This document shows, in pieces, positions 26,703 to 36,534 of a DNA stretch of 64,000 nt. This DNA comes from an uncultured archaeon. GTDB taxonomy: Archaea; Nanobdellota; Nanobdellia; Pacearchaeales; GW2011-AR1. Under the pieces are notes generated by a model. The model was not told the origin of the DNA. It worked only from the letters and a program-made list of their open reading frames with translations, and ran no database searches. The first letter of the stretch is position 1; every line of letters starts with the position of its first letter. Both the position numbers and the translations under genes were made by a program. The stretch spans positions 3,088-67,087 of the forward strand of contig CAIKWG010000045.1 of assembly GCA_903831045.1 (NCBI GenBank), given 5' to 3'.

Positions 26703-26948
26703 ATGCCAACAAAAAAGCAGATGCAAGATTTAGAAAGATTTGATTTTCTTTGGGGTCACCCAAGCTATCAAGGCAGAGAACACGATTCCTCTCCGTTAAC
26801 TGAAAAAGATTATGAATCTGAAATAAATAACGAGAATTATAATTCTGGTGAAATTTTAGGAACAATAACCTATGACCCAATTAGCAAAGAATTGAATATA
26901 ATTCCGCTTGAAGAAGATAACAAAAAAGGATTAGAAAAAAAATTATAA
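26703..26948 (+). CDS. Hypothetical small protein
   Basis: 81-aa ORF with an ATG start. No motif. Confidence 0.3.
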   Translation: MPTKKQMQDLERFDFLWGHPSYQGREHDSSPLTEKDYESEINNENYNSGEILGTITYDPISKELNIIPLEEDNKKGLEKKL

Positions 26949-26955
26949 ATTAAGT

Positions 26956-28050
26956 TTAATTCTCCAACTTAAATCTTAAAAAAGCTCCAGCACCAGATAA
27001 CTTACCGAATTGATCTCCTTCTTCAGTTTCTGTAGAAATCATTTCAATTTCAGTTCCAGCACTAATAGCCAAATCTCTCAGTTCTTTAATTTTTGAAAAT
27101 TCCAAATCTTTTGAAATTAAAAGCAAACTAACAGCCCCATATTCAAGAGACTTTCTAACATCTTCATATTTGTAAGCAGTTTTATCTGGAGTTTGCCCAA
27201 GAGATTCAAAGAATTTATCTAATATTTTTTTCTCTTTTGTAATTTCTTGACTAGCTAAAATGTCGTTACTATTCTCAACCAATTCATGTAATCCAGATTC
27301 AGAGGTGTCCCCCTGGTCCTTAACTCCAATGATTAATTTTTGCAATTTATTCATTAAATATTCCCCATCTACAAATTCATCTTTTGTTGGAATGGGACCG
27401 CCAATCAAAATACCTTTTAATTTAGGATCATCATAAAATAAATTCTTCATTTCATCTGCAATTCGTTTATAGAATTCTTTAGTCAGTCCTTCAGTAATTC
27501 TATGAAATCGCTGTGCACTCTGCCCCCCAGCCTTAACCTTAGATGGAACACCAGAAGTCATTTTTTGAAGAAATTCTACTCGCTTTCCAGTTAGTCTTCC
27601 AATTGTTGCTTCTTTTCTATCCATTACAAGAAGAGCATAGGTCTCTCCAGCAGCAAGCATTTCTTTTAGAGGATCCAGAACAAAATCTTTATCACATCTA
27701 TACATTCTTATCATAACTGGTTCTGGAGGTTCAATGTCCCACATTCTCAGATCATCTTGACCCTCAGTCTGAGAAATATTGCCAGCAAACAGAGCCGATC
27801 CATTTTCAGGAGTAAATTTCAATGTTTTAAGATGACGCACAATTTTTTCAAGAGCATCGATAACATTTTTACGAGTTGCAGTGGACTTAATATTTTTAGC
27901 AGTTGATTTTTCTGCTTCAAGTTGTCTTTGCACTGCATTGACATCATAACCTGCAGAAATATATACAGTAATAAGCTCGGTATGTCTTCCCTTGTACTGA
28001 CTAAGTTCATTTATTTGTTCTTCAAGTTGATTTTTAGTTAGTTTAACCAT
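26956..28050 (-). CDS. prf1: Peptide chain release factor aRF1
   Basis: 'NIKS' stop-codon recognition motif and 'GGQSAQRF' GGQ motif. Confidence 0.9.
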   Translation of the reverse strand: MVKLTKNQLEEQINELSQYKGRHTELITVYISAGYDVNAVQRQLEAEKSTAKNIKSTATRKNVIDALEKIVRHLKTLKFTPENGSALFAGNISQTEGQDDLRMWDIEPPEPVMIRMYRCDKDFVLDPLKEMLAAGETYALLVMDRKEATIGRLTGKRVEFLQKMTSGVPSKVKAGGQSAQRFHRITEGLTKEFYKRIADEMKNLFYDDPKLKGILIGGPIPTKDEFVDGEYLMNKLQKLIIGVKDQGDTSESGLHELVENSNDILASQEITKEKKILDKFFESLGQTPDKTAYKYEDVRKSLEYGAVSLLLISKDLEFSKIKELRDLAISAGTEIEMISTETEEGDQFGKLSGAGAFLRFKLEN

Positions 28051-28087
28051 ATTATTTAGAGAAAATCTTATGTTTTAAAGCTTGGGG

Positions 28088-30430
28088 CTAGAGAAATTTA
28101 ACTTCAAAAATTTTCCCAGCCTTAATCTCTTTAGAATTTGTAACATTTTCAAAATCTCCTTCCATCTCCTTAACAAGTTTCATTTGATCCTTATTAAAAG
28201 TCAAAATACATTCTGCATTCATTGGCTTTTGATTTTTTGATTTTTCCTGTCTAACATTAGAGATAAGTTCTAAAATTTTATCCCAAGAATCTTCCTTAGA
28301 TTTATCTTCCTTGGATTCTGGCCATTTAGAAGAATGAATAGAATTATCCTTTTCGTTTTTTTTAAAACTAGTTTGATAAATTTCCTCCGTGATAAATGGC
28401 ATTATTGGAGCAAGCAATTTGTTGATAACAAGCAGAGAACTATAAAGAGTATATTGAGCAGAAAGTTTCTTATCCCCCTCTCCTTGATAAACTCTCCTCT
28501 TAACAATCTCTAAATAATTATCACAAAAATCTTTCCAAAAAAATTGCTCAATTTCTTGTTTAGCCCGAGAGTATTCATAGTTTTCAAAATCCTCAGTCAC
28601 TGATTTAATTAAAAGATTAATTCGCCTTAAAAATAATTCATCAATGGGTTCTAATTTTTTAGGTTTTTTCTTTCCATTATAATCCTGTAAATTCATAAAT
28701 ACAAATTTAGATGCATTAAGAAGTTTGTTAATCATTTTTTTTCCAGCAATTAAATCTTTTTCCTGATAATCTAAGTCCATTCCAAGTTTAGACCCAGCAG
28801 CCCAGAATCTCAAAGCATCAGCTCCATACTCTTCTAGAACTTTTTTCGGATCAATTACATTTCCCTTAGATTTACTCATTTTTTCTCCGCCCATAGAAAC
28901 ATTACCAGAAATAACAATATCTTTCCACGGAATCTTTCCCTCATGAAGATAAGCTCTTACAATTGTATAAAATGCCCAGGTTCTTATTATATCATGAGCC
29001 TGAGGTCTCAGTGCAAAGGGCAATTTAATTTTTCCATCCGCAAGATTGCTAGCAATTACTGGACTCATAGAACTTGTAGCCCAAGTATCAAGAACCATTT
29101 TTTCGGGAACAGCATTAATTTTACATTTAGAACATTTTTTAGATAACACTAGAGGATCAACGGGCAATTCTTTTTCTTCTGCTAGAATTATCTCCCCACA
29201 CTTCGGACATTCCCATACTGGAAAAGGAATACCAAAATGTCTATTTCTAGAAATAGACCAATCCCATTCTAATCCATTAACCCAATTAACATATCTTTTT
29301 TTCATAAATTCGGGATACCAATTAATCTTATCTGCCTGTTTAACTAACTCTTTCTTAATATTTAAAATTCTAATAAACCACTGATCAGCTTCAATAAATT
29401 CAATATCCGTTCCACATTTATCATGAACATTTACAATGTGAGTAACTTCTTTTTGCTCAATTATTAAACTTTCATTTTTCAAATCTTCAAGAATTTTTTT
29501 TCTAGCATCTTTGATTAAAAGATTTTCATAACCTGCTACATTTAGTTTTCCATTTTTTTCAATAACAAGTTTAGGAGTAAGTTTGTATCTGTTAATTGCA
29601 TCAACATCAAATTTATCCCCATAGGAACAGACCATCATTGCCCCAGTACCCTTATCAATTTGAGCAGATTCATCTTCAATAATTGGAACTTCTATTCCAA
29701 AAAGAGGAACCATTGCTTTTTTACCAACATATTTTTTATATCTCTTGTCCTTTGGATTTACAAAAACTGCAACACACGCCCCAAGCAATTCTGGTCTCGT
29801 TGTTGCAATAGGTAAAATTTCTTTTCCAACTAAAAACTTTAAAGTAGAAAACAATGAAGTCCCTTCTTTATCCTCTAATTCTGCCTGAGCAATAGAAGTT
29901 TGACATTCTGGACACCAGATAGTTGGAAACTTTTTCTTATAGATATGCTTGCCTTTGTAAAGATTAATAAAACCTTTTTGAGAAATTTTTCTAGAATCAG
30001 CATCAATTGTAGAATAAACCTTACTAAAATCACAAGAAATACCCAAATCCTTCCAATCTTGAACAAACTGAGGAAGAACATCTTTTAGAATCTTCAAACA
30101 AAGCTCAATGAATTCAGTTCTACCCATTTCTTTACTTTTTACTTTGTTTAGTTTTTCAACTAATCTTTCAGTGGGTAAACCATTATCATCCGTTCCAAAT
30201 GGATAAAAAACATTTCCTTGAGACATTCTTCTAAATCTTGCAATAAAATCTTGTTGAGCATAACTGAATGCATGTCCGATGTGCATTGCTCCAGATACGG
30301 TTGGAGGAGGAGTATCAATTGAATAAATATCTTTATCGCTCAGATTTTTACTAACATAAACTTTTTCCTTATCCCATAATTTCTTCCATTTATCTTCCAC
30401 AAGTTTAAAATCAAAATCACTTTTAGCCAT
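28088..30430 (-). CDS. valS: Valyl-tRNA synthetase
   Basis: Class I 'HIGHAFSY' and 'KMSKSKGN'. 'PPPTVSGAMHIGH' is ValRS-like. An editing-domain insertion is present. Confidence 0.8.
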   Translation of the reverse strand: MAKSDFDFKLVEDKWKKLWDKEKVYVSKNLSDKDIYSIDTPPPTVSGAMHIGHAFSYAQQDFIARFRRMSQGNVFYPFGTDDNGLPTERLVEKLNKVKSKEMGRTEFIELCLKILKDVLPQFVQDWKDLGISCDFSKVYSTIDADSRKISQKGFINLYKGKHIYKKKFPTIWCPECQTSIAQAELEDKEGTSLFSTLKFLVGKEILPIATTRPELLGACVAVFVNPKDKRYKKYVGKKAMVPLFGIEVPIIEDESAQIDKGTGAMMVCSYGDKFDVDAINRYKLTPKLVIEKNGKLNVAGYENLLIKDARKKILEDLKNESLIIEQKEVTHIVNVHDKCGTDIEFIEADQWFIRILNIKKELVKQADKINWYPEFMKKRYVNWVNGLEWDWSISRNRHFGIPFPVWECPKCGEIILAEEKELPVDPLVLSKKCSKCKINAVPEKMVLDTWATSSMSPVIASNLADGKIKLPFALRPQAHDIIRTWAFYTIVRAYLHEGKIPWKDIVISGNVSMGGEKMSKSKGNVIDPKKVLEEYGADALRFWAAGSKLGMDLDYQEKDLIAGKKMINKLLNASKFVFMNLQDYNGKKKPKKLEPIDELFLRRINLLIKSVTEDFENYEYSRAKQEIEQFFWKDFCDNYLEIVKRRVYQGEGDKKLSAQYTLYSSLLVINKLLAPIMPFITEEIYQTSFKKNEKDNSIHSSKWPESKEDKSKEDSWDKILELISNVRQEKSKNQKPMNAECILTFNKDQMKLVKEMEGDFENVTNSKEIKAGKIFEVKFL

Positions 30431-30524
30431 AATTCACTTAATTCCCCAAGATTTAAAGGCTTTTCTGTATAAGAATAATTATCCTTACAATAACTTTTAA
30501 AAACTACCTATTATTCTTTAATCC

Positions 30525-30680
30525 ATGGCAAACACAGGAATTAACTTACCTTCAGGATTTGGGGGTTTAATGCGTTATAATGAAGAGTATCATACTAAAT
30601 TTAGTTTAAAACCAGCTCATGTAATAGGATTAATTGTTTTCATAATTCTTCTAAGAATTGGTTTGGGATTCATATTCTAA
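30525..30680 (+). CDS. secG: Preprotein translocase subunit Sec61-beta (SecG), 51 aa, absent from ORF track
   Basis: Hand translation gives MANTGINLPSGFGGLMRYNEEYHTKFSLKPAHVIGLIVFIILLRIGLGFIF. 'GLMRY..E....KP.HVIG' plus a C-terminal TM fits archaeal Sec61-beta. Confidence 0.65.
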   Translation: MANTGINLPSGFGGLMRYNEEYHTKFSLKPAHVIGLIVFIILLRIGLGFIF

Positions 30681-30681
30681 A

Positions 30682-31008
30682 ATGTTTGGTGGAATAAACC
30701 CTTCGCAAATGCAAGGAATGATGAAAAAAATGGGCATCTCCCAGGAAGAAATTTCTGCAAATAGGGTGATTATTGAAAAAAAAGACGGCAAAAAGATTAT
30801 TATTGAAGATCCTTCAGTTATGAGAGTAAAGATGCAAGGCCAAATAAGCTTTCAGATTTCTGGAGAAGAAAAAGAAATAGAAGAAAAATATTCTGAAGAA
30901 GATGTTAAAACAGTTATGGAAAAAGCTGGTTGCACAAAGAAAAAAGCTATAGAAACACTTGAAAAAACAGGCGGAGATTTAGCAGAATCAATTTTGGAGC
31001 TAAGTTAA
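30682..31008 (+). CDS. nac: Nascent polypeptide-associated complex protein (NAC + UBA)
   Basis: ATG at 30682 (track start is TTG). NAC domain 'VIIEKKDGKKIIIEDPSVMRVKMQGQ' and a C-terminal UBA-like 'EEDVKTVMEKAGCTKKKAIETLEKTGGDLAESI'. Confidence 0.8.
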   Translation: MFGGINPSQMQGMMKKMGISQEEISANRVIIEKKDGKKIIIEDPSVMRVKMQGQISFQISGEEKEIEEKYSEEDVKTVMEKAGCTKKKAIETLEKTGGDLAESILELS

Positions 31009-31206
31009 ATGGTAAGAGTAGATAAAACAAAAGATTTTTTAGAAAGAATTAGATTAGCAGGAGTAACAAAGTATTATCCTAGCACTCAAGAAGATTATGA
31101 AAATATGCAAAAAATGGATGAAAACTTAGAAAAAGTGAGAAGAGATTATATTGTGAAGGATTATCTTTCTGAACTTGATGCCCAAAATTGTTATTTTACC
31201 GCTTGA
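31009..31206 (+). CDS. Hypothetical small protein
   Basis: 65-aa ORF whose ATG immediately follows the nac stop (TAAATG). Confidence 0.3.
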   Translation: MVRVDKTKDFLERIRLAGVTKYYPSTQEDYENMQKMDENLEKVRRDYIVKDYLSELDAQNCYFTA

Positions 31207-31300
31207 TTATTAGTTCACTTAAAAGTTAAATAAAAGCCTTTATAAAGCATAACTATAAAAACTCCGGGTTCTTTCTATTCTAAATTTTATATTTGAGCAA

Positions 31301-31741
31301 ATGGAAGAAATTATTCAGGAAAAAATAAGTGCAGATCACCTTCTCTATGTGAGTTTAAAATATACAAAAACCTGCGACGTAATTTTGAACTTATTATTAA
31401 GATGGAGAAAAATGATTGATACAAGCATAGAAAGAATTCTCAAACATGCTCTAAAAAAAGGAAAACTAACTAAAGTTGAAGAAAGCCCAATAGGAAAATT
31501 AAATCAGATAAAAACTTTATTCAAGAAAGATGAAAATTTCCAAAAAACAATTGACTTCTTTATGATGCTCAAAAAAATTGAAGAATTAAAAAAAGAGAGG
31601 ATTGGGGAATTCAGAAAAAATGTTGCACTCAAAGTTACTTTTAGAGGGGAAGAAGTTTTAATAAATCTCGAACAGCTCAAGGTTTACGCCGATATGCTGG
31701 AAAAATTTATAAGTACAACAAAACAATTTGTTCTATCCTAA
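31301..31741 (+). CDS. Hypothetical helical protein
   Basis: 146-aa ORF preceding the MinD-like gene. No motif. Confidence 0.35.
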   Translation: MEEIIQEKISADHLLYVSLKYTKTCDVILNLLLRWRKMIDTSIERILKHALKKGKLTKVEESPIGKLNQIKTLFKKDENFQKTIDFFMMLKKIEELKKERIGEFRKNVALKVTFRGEEVLINLEQLKVYADMLEKFISTTKQFVLS

Positions 31742-31748
31742 TTTCAAA

Positions 31749-32516
31749 ATGAGAAAAAAAATAATTGTGATTACTTCCGGTAAAGGCGGTGTCGGAAAGA
31801 CAACAACTGCCATTAATTTGGGAGCAGCTATTAACTATTTTGGAAAAGATGTATTAGTTATAGACGCAAACCTTTCAACTCCAAATATTGGAATACATTT
31901 GAATTCCCCAGAAGTACCAATAAGCCTAAATCATATTATTCAAAATAAAGCGGAAGCCTATGAAGGAGTTTATGAACACGAATCTGGAATGAAGATTATT
32001 CCATCTTCTTTATCTGTAAAAGAATTAAAAAAGATAAAACCAGAAAGATTAAAAGATTTTAAAGAAGATTTTAAACAACTTGCAGAATATATTATTCTGG
32101 ACAGTGCCGCAGGATTAGGGCATGAGGCTCAATGTGCGATAGAAATGGCAGATGAGATAATTCTAGTAACCAATCCGGAAATGCCTGCAATAACAGATGC
32201 ATTAAAAACATTAAAAGTTGCTGAAAGTTTAAATCGAAACATTAAGGGGATTATTGTGACAAGGGTAAAAGGAAATAGTTCTGAAATGAAATCTGATGCT
32301 GTAAAAGAAATGTTAGAATTCCCAGTTCTAGGAATGGTTCCGGAAGATAAAGCAATGCAAAAAGCTCTAAGCCTAAGAGATGCCATTGTTCATACTCATC
32401 CAACAAGTAAAGCCGCCAGAGCTTACAAAGAGATTGCAGCAAAGCTAATTGGAGAAGAATATGATTCTAGAAAAGATAAACCCAATTTCTTCAAATGGAT
32501 TCTTAAAAAAGTATAA
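31749..32516 (+). CDS. minD: MinD/ParA-family P-loop ATPase
   Basis: ATG at 31749. Deviant Walker A 'SGKGGVGKTT' and 'IILDSAAG' Walker B. Confidence 0.8.
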   Translation: MRKKIIVITSGKGGVGKTTTAINLGAAINYFGKDVLVIDANLSTPNIGIHLNSPEVPISLNHIIQNKAEAYEGVYEHESGMKIIPSSLSVKELKKIKPERLKDFKEDFKQLAEYIILDSAAGLGHEAQCAIEMADEIILVTNPEMPAITDALKTLKVAESLNRNIKGIIVTRVKGNSSEMKSDAVKEMLEFPVLGMVPEDKAMQKALSLRDAIVHTHPTSKAARAYKEIAAKLIGEEYDSRKDKPNFFKWILKKV

Positions 32517-32639
32517 ACTTACCTAAATTCATTTCGAATAAATTTAACTAATCTAACAACTGCAAAAGGTAAAACAACAATTGCCACAAAAGTTCCATAA
32601 AGATAATCAGAAAATTCTTCAGAATTCATAGAATTTTAA

Positions 32640-34532
32640 TCACCCAATTCTAACACCGTTTTCAATATCTTTTTCAGGAGAAATTAGGACAACCTTTGAA
32701 TGATCAGATGTTGAAGCAGCCAAAAGCATCCCCTGAGATTCAACTCCCTTCATTAATCTTGGTTTCAAATTTGAAAAATAAATAATTTTTTTACCTTTAA
32801 GTTCCTTATCAGAATAATACTGCTTAAGTCCTGCACAGATAGTTCTTTTTCCGAGTTCACCAACATCAAGACTTAATTTCCACAGCTTATCTGCTCCTTC
32901 AATTGATTCAACTTTTTCTATTTTTGCAACTCTTAAATCAATTTTGTCCCATTCACTAAAATCAACACTGCCTAATCCTTCTCCAACCATTTTAATTTTA
33001 GGTTCATTTGATTTATTAATCTTATTATCTTTCTTTTTTTCCTCTGCTCTTTCTTTAGATTTTTCTTCTTTAAACTCTTCTTCTTCAGTTTCTATTTTAT
33101 TAAATAAAACTTCTCTTTTTTTAATTTCAGTTTTAGAATTCAGAGATTTTCCAAGTTCTTTTAATTCAAATTTAAATCCGCCAAAATCTTCTGCTATTCT
33201 TTCACAGCTAGCAGGAATAAAAGGCCATAGCAGAATTGCAATTTTCTTGATTGAATCTGCTAATTCATAAAGAACCTTCTTATCTTTAGTTTCCCAGGGT
33301 TTTTTCTCTTGGACATATTCGTTACATCTATCAATAAACCTAAATATTTCTCCGAGAGCTTTATCAATTTCAAATTTTTCCATTAAATCTTTAATTTCTT
33401 CTACATTGAGTTCATTCACAAGCTTGTTATCACATTTCTGCATCCCATTTTTTTCAATTAATCCCTCTACTCTAGAAATTAGATTTCCCAATTTGTTTGC
33501 AAGTTCGTTGTTATGTCTTTCAATCAATGCGAATTCTGAAAAATCTCCATCCTCTCCAAAAGAAGCCCCTCTCATTAAAAAATACCTAACAGAATCTGGA
33601 TTTCCAGTAAGAGAAATTAGTTCATCAATATTAATTACTTTTCCAACAGATTTAGAAATTTTTTCCTTATTAAAAGTCCACCATCCATGAGCAAAGACTT
33701 GCTTAGGCAATTCAATTCCAGCAGACATCAAGAATGCAGGCCAATAAACAGTGTGAAACCAAATTATATCTTTACCAATGAAATGAACATCTGCAGGCCA
33801 ATATTTTTCTTTGTCTTTTCTTCTAGTTGCAGAGTAGTAATTAAATAATGCATCGAACCAAACATAACAAACATGCTTTTTATCAAAAGGCAATGGAATT
33901 CCCCAATCAAAGTTAGTTCTAGATATTGACAAATCTCTAAGGTCTTCTTTAACTCGATTGATAATTTCAGATTTTCGGTATTCAGGAGAAATAAAGTTTT
34001 TATTTTTTTTATAAAAATCCAAAAGCTTCTTTTGATATTTACTTAATTTGAAAAAATAGGTTTGCTCTTTAATTATTTCTGCAGGTTTTTTATGAATCGG
34101 ACAGCAACCATTAACTAAATCTTTTTCAGTATAATATGCCTCACAGCCAGTACAATAAAATCCTTCATATTCTCCAAGATAGATATCTCCGTTTTCATAA
34201 ACTTTTTTTAGAATTTCTTGAACTACTTTTTCATGATCTTTGTCAGTAGTTCTAATGAATTGGTCATAATCAATGTTTAAAGATTTCCATGCATCCTTAA
34301 ATTTAGGAATTAAGCCATCAACAAATTCCTTTGGTTTTTTACCTGCTTTTTTTGCGGTATCTGCAATTTTTTTTCCATGATCATCAGTTCCGGTCAAGAA
34401 AAAAACATCACTGCCAAGAAGTTTGTTCCATCTACTTACAACATCCGCTACAATTGTGGTATATGCATGACCGATGTGAGGAATGTCATTGGTATAATAA
34501 ATAGGAGTTGTAACATAAAATTTTTTTGCCAT
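32640..34532 (-). CDS. metG: Methionyl-tRNA synthetase with C-terminal Trbp111/EMAP-like tRNA-binding domain
   Basis: 'HIGHAYT' and 'KISKSVG'. Zinc knuckle 'CTGCEAYY...CCPIH'. A K/E-rich linker is followed by 'LRVAKIEKVESIEGADKLWKLSLDVG'. Confidence 0.9.
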   Translation of the reverse strand: MAKKFYVTTPIYYTNDIPHIGHAYTTIVADVVSRWNKLLGSDVFFLTGTDDHGKKIADTAKKAGKKPKEFVDGLIPKFKDAWKSLNIDYDQFIRTTDKDHEKVVQEILKKVYENGDIYLGEYEGFYCTGCEAYYTEKDLVNGCCPIHKKPAEIIKEQTYFFKLSKYQKKLLDFYKKNKNFISPEYRKSEIINRVKEDLRDLSISRTNFDWGIPLPFDKKHVCYVWFDALFNYYSATRRKDKEKYWPADVHFIGKDIIWFHTVYWPAFLMSAGIELPKQVFAHGWWTFNKEKISKSVGKVINIDELISLTGNPDSVRYFLMRGASFGEDGDFSEFALIERHNNELANKLGNLISRVEGLIEKNGMQKCDNKLVNELNVEEIKDLMEKFEIDKALGEIFRFIDRCNEYVQEKKPWETKDKKVLYELADSIKKIAILLWPFIPASCERIAEDFGGFKFELKELGKSLNSKTEIKKREVLFNKIETEEEEFKEEKSKERAEEKKKDNKINKSNEPKIKMVGEGLGSVDFSEWDKIDLRVAKIEKVESIEGADKLWKLSLDVGELGKRTICAGLKQYYSDKELKGKKIIYFSNLKPRLMKGVESQGMLLAASTSDHSKVVLISPEKDIENGVRIG

Positions 34533-34616
34533 AAAAATAAATATTCACAGGAATATATAAAAGTATTTAATAGAAAACTAAAAGTTTTTTAAAGGGTGAT
34601 TCTTAGATAGACAATC

Positions 34617-35243
34617 ATGGTAAGAAAAAAATGTACAAATTGCAATGGAAGAGTTAAGAGTTCACACAATTTTTGCCCAAATTGTGGAAAAGCAATGAAG
34701 CAAGATGCTTTTGAAGACTGGGGAATGCTGGGCAAGAACGATGCGATTAGCCAACAGGATGAATTAGCAATGATGCTTCAAGGAATGGGAGGAGGAATGC
34801 TTGGAAAAATAGTAAACACAACAATGAAAATGCTAGAAAAAGAAATGACCAAAGACACCCCAACCCAAAATAAAAAATCCAATGTAAGAGTAATGATAAA
34901 TGGAAAAGAGATTCCGATGCAAGAGAAAAAACAACCGAAAGTCCCAATAAAAATTATGCCAATAGATTTTTCAGAAGATGCTCAAAAAAAGTTTAGCAAA
35001 TTAAAAAAATCTGAACCAAAAACAAATCTTAAGAGATTAGGAGACAAGATAATCTATGAATTGGAGACTCCTGGAGTTCAATCTATTAAAGATATCTCAA
35101 TTATAAGATTAGAAAAAGGGTTAGAAGTAAAAGCAGTTTCAAAAACTAAGGCTTATCAAAAGTCAATAAAGATAGATCTTCCACTCACAAAATATCAACT
35201 TTTAGAAGGAGTTATTACACTTGAGCTAGAAGCAAAAGAGTGA
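34617..35243 (+). CDS. Zinc-ribbon protein with possible Hsp20/ACD-like C-terminal domain
   Basis: 'CTNCNG...CPNCG' at the N-terminus. The C-terminal beta-rich 'IIYELETPGVQSIKDISIIRLEKGLEVKA' is loosely ACD-like. Confidence 0.35.
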   Translation: MVRKKCTNCNGRVKSSHNFCPNCGKAMKQDAFEDWGMLGKNDAISQQDELAMMLQGMGGGMLGKIVNTTMKMLEKEMTKDTPTQNKKSNVRVMINGKEIPMQEKKQPKVPIKIMPIDFSEDAQKKFSKLKKSEPKTNLKRLGDKIIYELETPGVQSIKDISIIRLEKGLEVKAVSKTKAYQKSIKIDLPLTKYQLLEGVITLELEAKE

Positions 35244-35290
35244 TTCATAACTTTTATAAATCCCCCTAAACTTCTTTTTTGGTCTAACCT

Positions 35291-35365
35291 GATCCTGTAG
35301 CTCAGCCTGGTTAGAGCGCTGCTCTGATACGGCAGAGGTCCACGGTTCAACTCCGTGCAGGATCA
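35291..35365 (+). tRNA. tRNA-Ile (anticodon GAU)
   Basis: Hand-folded: GATCCTG TA GCTC AGCCTGGTTA GAGC G CTGCT CTGATAC GGCAG AGGTC CACGG TTCAACT CCGTG CAGGATC A. Confidence 0.9.
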
Positions 35366-35370
35366 TTTCG

Positions 35371-35433
35371 GGAGTTGGGTTGCAGGACTCCAAGAACCCG
35401 CAGGTGGTTGTTGTTCAGCTCCGTGCAGGATCA
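35371..35433 (+). ncRNA. tRNA-linked conserved element, copy 2 (core plus duplicated tRNA-Ile 3' end); function unknown
   Basis: 35419-35435 exactly repeats 35351-35367. The core matches 8296-8338. Hairpin 35391-35398/35406-35413 carries a compensatory A:T where copy 1 has T:A. Confidence 0.4.
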
Positions 35434-35471
35434 TTGAAAAAACTTCTAAAACAAGTTTTTCCCGATAAAAA

Positions 35472-35483
35472 CCTTTAAAAACC
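35472..35483 (+). promoter_or_regulatory. TATA-like box upstream of rpl15e
   Basis: 'cctttaaaaacc' is centred about 26 nt upstream of the ATG at 35503. Confidence 0.4.
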
Positions 35484-35502
35484 AATTTTATCTCAAATAA
35501 AC

Positions 35503-36150
35503 ATGACAGAAAAAAAAGAAACTAAAAAGCCAGTAAAAAAAGTAGCTAAAGAAGTAGTTAAGGCAGCACCTCAAGCATCTGCAAGAGGGATGTACTATTA
35601 TATTAAGCAAGCTTGGAAAAAGCCGGATGATAAAACTCTTAGAGAAAGAATGATTGCATGGAGAGCTTCAGATGTGTTTACAAGAGTAGACAAACCATTA
35701 AGACTGGATAGGGCAAGAGCTTTAGGATACAAAGACAAAACTGGATATGTTGTAATAAGAGTAAGACTAAACAGAGGAGGACATGTTAGACCAAGACCAA
35801 ACAAAGGAAGAAGATCAAAAAGAATGCATACAAACAAGAATCTTAAGATGTCTTACCAATGGATTGCAGAACAAAGAGTTTCAAAAAAATTCACAAATTT
35901 AGAAGTATTAAATTCTTATCCTCTTGGAAAAGATGGAAAACATTATTTCTTCGAAGTTATATGTGTTGATCCTCAAAGACCAGAAATAAAAAATGATAAA
36001 ACAATAAACTGGATAACAAAACCTCAAAATCAAAATAGACCAGAAAGAGGAATTACAACTGCTGGTAAGAAATCAAGAGGATTGGAAAACAAGAGTCCAA
36101 CTTCAAAAGTAAGACCTTCAGTTAGAGCTGGTAAGGGTAGAGGAAAATAA
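35503..36150 (+). CDS. rpl15e: Ribosomal protein L15e
   Basis: 'YYYIKQAWKKP', 'RASDVFTRVDKPLRLDRARALGYK' and 'YVVIRVRLNRGG'. Confidence 0.9.
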   Translation: MTEKKETKKPVKKVAKEVVKAAPQASARGMYYYIKQAWKKPDDKTLRERMIAWRASDVFTRVDKPLRLDRARALGYKDKTGYVVIRVRLNRGGHVRPRPNKGRRSKRMHTNKNLKMSYQWIAEQRVSKKFTNLEVLNSYPLGKDGKHYFFEVICVDPQRPEIKNDKTINWITKPQNQNRPERGITTAGKKSRGLENKSPTSKVRPSVRAGKGRGK

Positions 36151-36198
36151 TTCTTTAGAACATAAAAATTTATAAATAGATTCTAATTAACAAACAAC

Positions 36199-36483
36199 AT
36201 GTCAGATCCATTCAGTTACTTAAAGATGTATAAAGAATTGACCCCATATTTCGAAGCAGTTGAAAAAATAAAAACTGGCGAATATATTTCAGATTTAGAA
36301 GATATAAAAAAAGCATGCATTAAAGCCAATCATAAAAATATTTCTTGGGGAGATAAAGGATTAGAATGTATTCCAGAAGTACAAATGCTCTTCAAAATTA
36401 CTCTAGCAGAAAATGAATCTAATAAAAACGGCGGTTCTGAAACCTCTATTACAAGAAAAAGAACATTGGAAAAAAGGTTTTGA
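36199..36483 (+). CDS. Hypothetical protein
   Basis: 94-aa ORF. No motif. Confidence 0.3.
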   Translation: MSDPFSYLKMYKELTPYFEAVEKIKTGEYISDLEDIKKACIKANHKNISWGDKGLECIPEVQMLFKITLAENESNKNGGSETSITRKRTLEKRF

Positions 36484-36534
36484 TTAAAATCCATTCTTAA
36501 AAAATTATTTAAACCCTAGCTATCTAACTATTTT

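Noticed and set aside
32519-32629. 36-aa minus-strand ORF (MNSEEFSDYLYGTFVAIVVLPFAVVRLVKFIRNEFR) in the minD-metG gap
   Set aside because: It has a plausible single-TM shape, but it is too short and unsupported to call. I recognised no conserved motif and no clear promoter.
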